From: Desulfobacterales bacterium
GTDB lineage: Bacteria > Desulfobacterota > Desulfobacteria > Desulfobacterales > JAHEIW01
Direction: 5' to 3'
Assembly (NCBI GenBank): GCA_030601425.1
Contig: JAUVTR010000004.1
Location: 1,888 to 25,887, forward strand
DNA length: 24,000 nt
The translations under genes were made by a program, and so were the position numbers. This document shows positions 1-7,040 of this stretch, in pieces (positions within the stretch are counted from its first letter, which is position 1; each line of letters starts with the position of its first letter). The notes below the pieces were generated by a model, which was not told the origin of the DNA, searched no databases, and saw only the letters and a list, made by a program, of their open reading frames with translations.

Positions 1-463
1 TGTAAGCATCTGCCAGGGTAATTTTACCCAGACGACCGCTATCCATCGCTTTCTTAAAAATCTGCGTGGCTTCGTTGAACCGCCGCTGGAAAATGCCGGT
101 CAGCATCACCTTGTGCTTTCTGCACACCGCGATCATTTTATCCACCCGCTCCAGGCTGACCTCGGTTGGCTTTTCGCAGGCAATGTGTTTGCCGGCTGCA
201 GCCGCCTTTTCAACCGGTTCTAAATGGGCTCCGCTGGGAGTAGCAATGGATACAATATCCAGTCCGGGGTGTGCCAGGAATGTTTTGTAATCCGTGAAGG
301 CCGCACAGGCATATTTTTTTGCCACCCGTTGGGCATTAGCCCTTTTGCGTGAAAATACACACGCAAGGTGACCCCCTTTCATAGCCGCGATGGCCTGGGC
401 GTGAAAATCGGCCACCATGCCGCAACCAACAATACCAAATCCATAACCGCCTTTCTTTGCCAT
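1..463 (-). CDS. Gfo/Idh/MocA family oxidoreductase, N-terminal part (3' end off-window)
   Basis: The minus-strand frame is open to the window start, with ATG at 463-461. It is absent from the ORF track because it runs off the edge. Own translation: MAKKGGYGFGIVGCGMVADFHAQAIAAMKGGHLACVFSRKRANAQRVAKKY...AAAGKHIACEKPTEVSLERVD. The GxGxxG-like Rossmann start and the EKP motif are typical of this family. An AAGGAGGG Shine-Dalgarno lies just upstream. Confidence 0.8.
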   Translation of the reverse strand, partial: MAKKGGYGFGIVGCGMVADFHAQAIAAMKGGHLACVFSRKRANAQRVAKKYACAAFTDYKTFLAHPGLDIVSIATPSGAHLEPVEKAAAAGKHIACEKPTEVSLERVDKMIAVCRKHKVMLTGIFQRRFNEATQIFKKAMDSGRLGKITLADAY

Positions 464-602
464 TAAGCCCTCCTTTTCTGAGTCACCGACCACCCGCAGA
501 GCGGGTGGCTTGGATTTTTCCGCCCGCTCACTTTGTTCTGGCAAGGCGGCAAGGCGCAAAAAACGTCAGTAAAAGAAACTTGTTCATTTTAATGCTGCGC
601 GC

Positions 603-1901
603 TTATTTTAAGGGATCAAATGGTGAAGCCAGAGCCTGTTTTCTTGCCTCGGCCAGCAGCGTGTATTTTGATACAAGGCATGCACGCGTTTCCGGAGGAC
701 AAGCACCCTGTGCGAGGGTGTCCAGGTACATGTCCCGTACCTTGCAGAAATGCTCTTCATGGGTGGTCCTGAGCTCATCAGGAATATCGATTAAAATTTT
801 GTCTTCTTCCCGGTTTAGCGAAAGTCCGGGATATTTATGCGACCACCTCTCCAGGCATCGCTGAACCGCTGCTTGTACTTGGGCCGGATTTTTTCGCGGA
901 ACGATCAGTACCTCCACCTTGAACCCGCATTCCGGGAGTTGCCGAATCATCAGATCGGATCGTGTTCCTTTGATGATAGAAGCATGCATATCACCACCGC
1001 CCTCTGGTATTTCCAGATTCCAGATCACGCGGATGTGAACCGGAATCTCTTTGACGCGGTAAATCAGTTCACTGTTGCAGAAATAATGCAGCCCATCGTC
1101 TTTTACATCATTTTGAATCGAATCCGGAAAATGATCCAGTTGCGTTATTTTGCTGAACTTGTCCAGGGGGACTAGCGTGGGCCAGCGCCGAGCATGCAGC
1201 AGTTCGATATCCTGTTCGAAGTCGATGGCAGCACCAGCACCGGGAAACATCATCCAGTGCGTCATGTCGACCAAGTGGGTGGTGACATCCACGATACCCT
1301 CCCCTTGCACGTTGATGTCAAAATGCCACGGGGGCCGCACAAGGGGCTGATCATTGACGATTTTATAAAGGTGATGAATGCTTTCTTTAAAGACAGTCGG
1401 GCTGCCGTCTTCATCCACCCGGGCCATCCCAAACACTTCTTCTTCAGCCAGGAAATCCTTTTGAAGCATGGTCGTGATTTCAAAACGTTCGGTCATGATA
1501 TCGATGCTCAATGGCCTTTCATCTTCCATGGCCGCTTGCAGCAAAGGAAGGGTTTCTGCGGTAACCACCCACGGTTTGTCCGCCAGGACTGAAAAACCGG
1601 CACGATTCAGCCTTTCGATGTGTTCTATTTTCTTATGATTTTTACCCGCAATAACGACGATGTCGCCTTTTTTCTCTTCGATCAATTTTTCGAGGTAGTC
1701 CGAGCCGGTATAAACATGGATTCGCCAGTCGACCGGACTACTTTTTCGATTGATGAAAGAGTCGACCAGGTCCAAAAATCGACCCAGGTCAGGACCTTGT
1801 TCTGAGTATACATAGATATCCTGCGATAAAACTGGATGGGATTCACGCAATACAAGTGCCGCATGAAAATGACCGGGATTGAGGATAAGAATCGTATGCA
1901 T
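603..1901 (-). CDS. Putative oxidoreductase (Rossmann-like N-terminus plus the 'putative oxidoreductase C-terminal domain' type)
   Basis: 432-aa ORF. The N-terminus ILILNPGHFHAALVL resembles the family annotated as putative oxidoreductase C-terminal domain-containing proteins. It starts 20 nt after the tctA stop, suggesting one operon. The family call is from memory of that N-terminal signature only. Confidence 0.55.
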   Translation of the reverse strand: MHTILILNPGHFHAALVLRESHPVLSQDIYVYSEQGPDLGRFLDLVDSFINRKSSPVDWRIHVYTGSDYLEKLIEEKKGDIVVIAGKNHKKIEHIERLNRAGFSVLADKPWVVTAETLPLLQAAMEDERPLSIDIMTERFEITTMLQKDFLAEEEVFGMARVDEDGSPTVFKESIHHLYKIVNDQPLVRPPWHFDINVQGEGIVDVTTHLVDMTHWMMFPGAGAAIDFEQDIELLHARRWPTLVPLDKFSKITQLDHFPDSIQNDVKDDGLHYFCNSELIYRVKEIPVHIRVIWNLEIPEGGGDMHASIIKGTRSDLMIRQLPECGFKVEVLIVPRKNPAQVQAAVQRCLERWSHKYPGLSLNREEDKILIDIPDELRTTHEEHFCKVRDMYLDTLAQGACPPETRACLVSKYTLLAEARKQALASPFDPLK

Positions 1902-1921
1902 GAAGCAAGTCCTTTTCGGCC

Positions 1922-3442
1922 TTAAGTTCTGAAATTTATGCTATCTCTGATTTTCGACTTTAGTGCTTGAAACCAGCGGGTACGGCTAAAAAACGTGATG
2001 AGTGTCACAATGGCAATAATCAGTGAAATCGGACTCTGGAAAAAAAACAACGGATTGCCCTCGGATATGATCAATGCGCGGATCAGGTTTTTATCCAGAA
2101 TGGTTCCGAGAATAATGCCGAGCACCATCGGTGCGATCGGGTAATCCATCTCCCGCATGAAATAACCAATGAAACCGAAAACGACCATAACACCGATGTC
2201 AAATAGCCTGGCCTGAATGGCATAGGATCCGATCACGCAGAGCACGAATACCACCGGCATCAGTCTGGACCTGCGAATGGCCAGTACCTTTACCAGCGGT
2301 CTGACCATAAACAGACCCAAGACAAACATCGCCATCGTGGCCAGAAGCACCATGGCCACCACCTGGTAGACAAATTCGGGAAATTCAATCATGATTAGCG
2401 GCCCGGGACGAATGCCGTGAATAAACATGGCCGCCAGTAGTACCGCCGCAGGGGCCGACCCGGGAATCGCCAGTGAAAGCACAGGAATCATTGCACCTGC
2501 CACGGCCGAATTGTTTCCGGTTTCGGCAGCCAGCAAGCCCTCGATGCTGCCTTTGCCGAATTGTTCCGCTTCCTTGCTCGAATTTTTAGCAAGATCGTAA
2601 GCTGTCCAGGCCGCTATGTCCTCGCCGACTCCCGGGATCGCGCCGATGAATGTACCGACAAGCCCGGAACGGATGATACTGCGCCAATATTTCCTGATGT
2701 CCTTAGCGCGCGGAAAAATGCGGTCGATCTTGCCCTTTACCACTTCCATTTTGGGTTGCTTCATCACGGTGATGATTTCGGCGAATCCGAAAGCCCCCAC
2801 CATGGCCGGAATCAGGTGAATCCCGCCGGATAAATCCATGTAGCCGAAAGAGAAACGCTGGTAGGCATGATAGGGTTCCATTCCTATGGTGGCCACAATC
2901 AGGCCCAGAAAGCCCGCAATCCACCCCTTCAGAGGGTCTTTGGGCGCGGTTAAATTACCACAAATAACGATACCGAAAATTGCCAGCCAGAAAAATTCAA
3001 ACGATTTAAACTTGAGGGCAAAATTGCCAATCAGCGGCGTAAAAAAAGCCAGCAGCAACAAACCGATGACGGATCCCAGAAAAGAACCCGTTGTGGCGAT
3101 ACCGATGGCCTTGCCCGCCAGCCCCTGACGCGCCAGCGGATATCCGTCCACCGCCGTGGCGGCATTGGCCGGTGTACCGGGGATATTGAGCAGGATCGCA
3201 CTGCGGCTTCCGCCATAAATAGCGCCCACATACATGCACACCAAAATCAAAACCGCCGAGTCCGGCTCCATTTTAAAGGTCAGGGTGGTCATCAATGCGA
3301 CCCCCATGGTTGCCGTGAGTCCGGGCAGCATTCCGACAACGATCCCTAACTGGGTTGCGCCCAGCACGTACAAAATCATCACCGGATTTTGTATCACGAA
3401 TCCCCACAACGCTTTATAAAACATCAAAAACCCGTCAAGCAT
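1922..3442 (-). CDS. tctA: Tripartite tricarboxylate transporter, large permease TctA family
   Basis: 506-aa, highly hydrophobic, multi-TM protein. It has the typical TctA N-terminus (GIVVGMLPGLTATMGVALMTTLTF) and motifs such as GGSRSAILLNIPGTP. It follows TctB and TctC homologues. Confidence 0.88.
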   Translation of the reverse strand: MLDGFLMFYKALWGFVIQNPVMILYVLGATQLGIVVGMLPGLTATMGVALMTTLTFKMEPDSAVLILVCMYVGAIYGGSRSAILLNIPGTPANAATAVDGYPLARQGLAGKAIGIATTGSFLGSVIGLLLLAFFTPLIGNFALKFKSFEFFWLAIFGIVICGNLTAPKDPLKGWIAGFLGLIVATIGMEPYHAYQRFSFGYMDLSGGIHLIPAMVGAFGFAEIITVMKQPKMEVVKGKIDRIFPRAKDIRKYWRSIIRSGLVGTFIGAIPGVGEDIAAWTAYDLAKNSSKEAEQFGKGSIEGLLAAETGNNSAVAGAMIPVLSLAIPGSAPAAVLLAAMFIHGIRPGPLIMIEFPEFVYQVVAMVLLATMAMFVLGLFMVRPLVKVLAIRRSRLMPVVFVLCVIGSYAIQARLFDIGVMVVFGFIGYFMREMDYPIAPMVLGIILGTILDKNLIRALIISEGNPLFFFQSPISLIIAIVTLITFFSRTRWFQALKSKIRDSINFRT

Positions 3443-3467
3443 GGTTTACCCCATAAACTCTCAGCTT

Positions 3468-3983
3468 TCACGGTAGATCGACCAGAAACAGATAACGAAA
3501 AACGGCCCCAACAATCCCGGCGGCCAACAAGGCCTGCAAGACTGCGAACAGCAACATCTTTCCCCGGGCGCTGACGTCCTCCGAGCCGCGGAATTGAAAA
3601 AGGATTATAAACACCAGGACAAAGATAAATGTTGCCGGGTAATAGTTCATGCTTCCGACCATAAAGATACCGTAGCCGATGCATATAAATATCGTCAGAA
3701 GCATGCGTTGCAAGGATATGTCCTGGAAGAAATTCTTCAGTGTTTGCCGGTTGAGTCCAAGTCGATAACCTCTGCGGGTCAGGGACCGGATGAACACGAC
3801 CAGACTCAAAATGAAGATTACGGTTCCAAGAATCCCGGGTACGATGCCGGGAACCGACAAGGGATTGGCACCGAGTTCTTTAAATCTCGGCATTTGGAAG
3901 GAATGAAGGACAACCCAGACGCCAAAGCCCATAAGCAGTATGGACACCACGAAATCGGCCTTGGGCATGTTTTCCTGTTTCAT
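3468..3983 (-). CDS. tctB: Tripartite tricarboxylate transporter, small permease TctB family
   Basis: 171-aa protein with about 4 hydrophobic helices, placed between tctC-like and tctA-like genes. Size and position fit TctB. Confidence 0.7.
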   Translation of the reverse strand: MKQENMPKADFVVSILLMGFGVWVVLHSFQMPRFKELGANPLSVPGIVPGILGTVIFILSLVVFIRSLTRRGYRLGLNRQTLKNFFQDISLQRMLLTIFICIGYGIFMVGSMNYYPATFIFVLVFIILFQFRGSEDVSARGKMLLFAVLQALLAAGIVGAVFRYLFLVDLP

Positions 3984-4008
3984 TCAATTTCTCCGGCGAG
4001 ATTGAGTT

Positions 4009-4045
4009 AAAAAATTCGGCAGGATGCCGGTTCGGCATCCTGCCG
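4009..4045 (-). terminator. Intrinsic terminator/attenuator hairpin between tctC and tctB
   Basis: Perfect 13-bp stem, CGGCAGGATGCCG (4017-4029) against CGGCATCCTGCCG (4033-4045), with a 3-nt loop. On the minus strand it is followed by AATTTTTT (4016-4009). It sits about 20 nt after the tctC stop codon. Confidence 0.7.
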
Positions 4046-4065
4046 GAAGCGTGCATACCAGAGAT

Positions 4066-5073
4066 TTAAGGCTTGGGAATACCGACCTTGTCCGGTTGTA
4101 CTTTCGCCTTGCCGCTATCCCACTTTAACCAGGCGTCTTCCTGAATCTTGGGAAAAGCCCGCTTCTGAGCTTCATCTCCCCAGGAAGGTGCAAACACCGC
4201 ACCCCGGCCAGCGGCATATTCTTTGAGCCGTTCGGATTTTAGGATCACGTTATCCCAGGCATTCCCCAGCGTTTGAATAACATCATCCGGAACGCCTTTG
4301 GGTACAAAGACACCGAAATAAATCGGAGCGCCTTTGAATTCGGGGATCCATTTGGTGATCGGTGGCACGGTCCCGTAACCTTTGATGTTGAGCGGGTTGT
4401 CATCCAGTACGGCCAGGGCCCGCAGCTTTCCGGCTTTCAGCATATCGGTTTCTTCCGAAGACAGCTGGGTAACCACCTCAGCTTCACCGGCGATGACGGC
4501 GATCACGGCCGGATTTCCGCCATCATAGGTGAGGTGCTTGTAGGAAATTCCGGTATACTTTTTGATCGTTTCGATTCCGGAATGACCTGCCGAATTGATA
4601 CCGGCAGAGGAAACCGTAATTTTACCGGGTTTCTTTTTAAAGGCCGCTAGAAGATCATCAAATGATTTATAGGGTGAGTCTGACCGCACGGCGACCACCT
4701 GGGGCAGGGATATGTTCAGAAACAGGTTCCAGTCACGGATGCTTGTGTCGATCATACCCAGCACCTGATAGGTTCCCAAATCCTTGGCCGCGCCGGAGGT
4801 CCAAGTATATCCGTCACGGGCGGCATCAAGCGTATTTTTAGTCCCGATCGATCCGGAAGCTCCCGGTTGGTTTACAACCACAATTTTCTGGCCCAGCGCT
4901 TCTTCCAGTTCACCGGCACACACCCGGGTCACCTGATCGGTGGAACCACCGGCACCCCAGGGGACAATCAGTTTAATGGGTTTGGCCGGCTTCCATGTTC
5001 CCGCTGTCGCTGAAAGCGGGGCAGTCAATACGATACACAGGGCCATAATCACAAAAATGCGGTGTGTTTTCAT
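4066..5073 (-). CDS. tctC: Tripartite tricarboxylate transporter substrate-binding protein (TctC/Bug family)
   Basis: 335 aa with a signal peptide (MKTHRIFVIMALCIVLTAPLSATAG). Bug-family signatures are present: PIKLIVPWGAGGSTD and VVNQPGASGSIG. An AAAGGAGGAA Shine-Dalgarno precedes the start. Confidence 0.85.
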   Translation of the reverse strand: MKTHRIFVIMALCIVLTAPLSATAGTWKPAKPIKLIVPWGAGGSTDQVTRVCAGELEEALGQKIVVVNQPGASGSIGTKNTLDAARDGYTWTSGAAKDLGTYQVLGMIDTSIRDWNLFLNISLPQVVAVRSDSPYKSFDDLLAAFKKKPGKITVSSAGINSAGHSGIETIKKYTGISYKHLTYDGGNPAVIAVIAGEAEVVTQLSSEETDMLKAGKLRALAVLDDNPLNIKGYGTVPPITKWIPEFKGAPIYFGVFVPKGVPDDVIQTLGNAWDNVILKSERLKEYAAGRGAVFAPSWGDEAQKRAFPKIQEDAWLKWDSGKAKVQPDKVGIPKP

Positions 5074-5170
5074 AATTCCTCCTTTTTAGGCTTGGGGTTT
5101 GTGACAAAGGTCAATACGCCGCATATAATCTCGGTATTTACGCTTATCATATCTAAATATAAAATCAATA

Positions 5171-5191
5171 CATTCGGACACAGGCCGAATG
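5171..5191 (-). terminator. Weak candidate terminator hairpin after the MetE-like gene
   Basis: 7-bp stem CATTCGG/CCGAATG with a 7-nt loop. On the minus strand a T-rich but interrupted tail follows (TATTGATTTTATATTT). It lies about 30 nt after the stop at 5221. Confidence 0.3.
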
Positions 5192-5220
5192 CCAACATAT
5201 TTGGAAGGAGATTTGAAGAT

Positions 5221-6249
5221 CTATATTTTAAGACGATACTTTTCTTTTAACACTTTTGACAAATGGTTAATCAATGCAAATGCTTTTTCGACCGTTTTTT
5301 CTTTATCCGGATTGACCAGGCAGCAGGTCGCCGGAGAAAGCATACTTTTTGTCAGCATGTGTTCGATATCGATGCCTTTTTTACCCAGGATTTGCCAGAC
5401 ACCCTCCATCTGCGCAATCAATGAATCGATGCTTTCCTTTTCAAAAAATTCCGTTCCGGTGGGCACAATTCCCCAGACAAGCACGCCCCCTTTCTCAATA
5501 AAACGCCTAATTGAGGACGCATAGGAAGAGAAGATTTCTGCGTTGATGTAAACATCCAAAGACAAAATATCAAGATCCAACCCCAGCAAAAAATCCCAGT
5601 CCGGATTGCCGCATAAATGAACCCCGCACGGTCTATCAACCATGGAAAAAAACAGATCCAGATCTTCTTTGGCCTTCACATCCCCATAGCCTGACATGGC
5701 TGAAAAAAGAAACTGCAGCCCGGGTTCGTCAATAAACATAAACGCATTTTCGTTGAGATTTTTCAGGCGGTTCAACTGAACATTTATGCGCCTGGCCAAA
5801 AATTCAAGCATGAAGGGGCGCACCGTGTCATCGAACAAAATCGAGCGTTCATCCTGATCTAAGATATTAAATCCAAAGCTGATCGGACCTTCCAGTTGAC
5901 CGCGGATTGCCGGGCGATCCGATAGATTCAGCGATAGAAAACGGTGATAGACAACCGAATAAGCTTCGCTCACATCGAAGTATTGCGGATCTTCAAAGTG
6001 GGTCATGGTTTCTTCGAGTTCATCGATAAATTTTTCAAGCGAAAACCTTAAGGTTCGCTTTTCCACATCGAGCATAATGCCCGGGAAATGCTCGGCCGCC
6101 TGCACATACATATCTTCGTAATAACTGTAATTCGGCAGCTGGGGCCAGAAGGCCACATCCAGCGACAACGCGGCCTGGAGTGCGCGCTCAACATCGGTAT
6201 GCGGCATGACCGCCATGGCTGTTGTCAATAGATTGCCTGGAATCGACAA
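5221..6249 (-). CDS. MetE C-terminal/UroD-superfamily-like protein (possible Zn-dependent methyltransferase-like enzyme), function unknown
   Basis: 342-aa ORF with a TTG start, preceded by AAAGGAAAA. The N-terminal pattern MPHTDVERA...FWPQLPNYSY, an H-x-C motif (VHLCGN) and a C-terminal SPATCCL resemble the cobalamin-independent methionine synthase-like fold and its Zn ligands. The assignment is by eye only. Confidence 0.4.
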   Translation of the reverse strand: MSIPGNLLTTAMAVMPHTDVERALQAALSLDVAFWPQLPNYSYYEDMYVQAAEHFPGIMLDVEKRTLRFSLEKFIDELEETMTHFEDPQYFDVSEAYSVVYHRFLSLNLSDRPAIRGQLEGPISFGFNILDQDERSILFDDTVRPFMLEFLARRINVQLNRLKNLNENAFMFIDEPGLQFLFSAMSGYGDVKAKEDLDLFFSMVDRPCGVHLCGNPDWDFLLGLDLDILSLDVYINAEIFSSYASSIRRFIEKGGVLVWGIVPTGTEFFEKESIDSLIAQMEGVWQILGKKGIDIEHMLTKSMLSPATCCLVNPDKEKTVEKAFALINHLSKVLKEKYRLKI

Positions 6250-6296
6250 TTGGTTTTCCTTTTTTTATCCCGTGTAGATTTTTGGACGCCAATGAA

Positions 6297-6325
6297 AATA
6301 TAACGTCGTCTTCCCGATATGTTAA
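6297..6325 (-). promoter_or_regulatory. Candidate sigma-70-type promoter for the MetE-like/tct operon
   Basis: The minus strand reads TTAACA (6325-6320), a 17-nt spacer, then TATATT (6302-6297). This is about 45 nt upstream of the TTG start at 6249. Confidence 0.3.
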
Positions 6326-6506
6326 TTAGCGCCTTTCATAAGCTCTGACAATATCAAAAATTATCAGGACGGAACCGTCATCGCGTTTAGCCATCTGTTT
6401 AACAATAAGGCTGGGGCTCAAATTCTCGAGCGCAAATCCGTTGGGAAAGAAAAAGAAACCTGAGAGCAAAATTGAAAGGTAAGATAAGGCGGACAGGCTG
6501 TCTGTT

Positions 6507-7040
6507 TTAAACACTTAGAAGTATGAGACTGATCCGATATTCATGTTGTTTTGTGATTTGTTTAATCTCAACCTGGATAAACTTCGCGTGTGATTCTGCC
6601 TGCTCCGGGGTCATAACCGGAATGTCATCAGATAGATCCATCAACTTCTCTTCTGCAATGCCGATGGTTTTGTTGACCATAAACGTATCGACTTCGCCGT
6701 CTCCCAGTACATAACCACAACCACCGGCAACGCCCAGAAATTCACCATTTACAAAAATGGGTACCACAAGTTTCATCAAGCCGGCGTCACATTCTTCAAT
6801 GACCGCCTTGTGTGTCCGTTTCGCCTGGACCGCAATATTTTGATGCGCGACTGCACAAATATAATCCTGACCTTTTTTATCCGCTTTGATGACCGGGCAG
6901 AGTTTATTCGCCCATTTTATAAAATTTGTAATCCGCACTCCGTCAATGTCAAACACCGAAGCATTTAAACCGGAGCGTTTATTGATTTTCTGTTCGAGTT
7001 CAAGCCATTTTTTCAAAGGTGCGATGTCGGTAAGTTTCAT
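6507..7040 (-). CDS. Stand-alone PocR sensory-domain protein
   Basis: 177 aa. The layout matches PocR ligand-binding domains: SVFDIDG...NKLCPVIKA....YICAVAHQNIA...ECDAGLMKLVVPIFVNGEFLGVAGGCG. Its ATG overlaps the stop of the upstream kinase gene as ATGA (7037-7040). Confidence 0.7.
   Translation of the reverse strand: MKLTDIAPLKKWLELEQKINKRSGLNASVFDIDGVRITNFIKWANKLCPVIKADKKGQDYICAVAHQNIAVQAKRTHKAVIEECDAGLMKLVVPIFVNGEFLGVAGGCGYVLGDGEVDTFMVNKTIGIAEEKLMDLSDDIPVMTPEQAESHAKFIQVEIKQITKQHEYRISLILLSV

Noticed and set aside
490-508. 8-bp GC hairpin (CCACCCGC AGA GCGGGTGG) between the two oxidoreductase genes, considered as a terminator.
   Set aside because: On the coding (minus) strand no T-run follows; the ribosome-binding site of the next gene does. 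The T-run is on the plus strand, where no gene ends. Its function is unclear, so I do not call it.
457-864. Plus-strand ORFs throughout the track (e.g. 457-864, 1194-1592, 3594-4010, 7763-8251, 18183-18611, 23329-23727).
   Set aside because: Each lies antisense to a long minus-strand gene with clear family motifs. Their translations are low-complexity or Arg/Ser/Pro-rich with no recognisable motifs or ribosome-binding sites. I treat them as shadow frames.
6326-6514. 62-aa minus-strand ORF (GTG start) filling the gap between the PocR gene and the MetE-like gene.
   Set aside because: It has a non-ATG start embedded in the PocR 3' end, no convincing ribosome-binding site and no motif. The region also contains a plausible promoter for the downstream gene. 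A small membrane peptide cannot be excluded, but I cannot support it.
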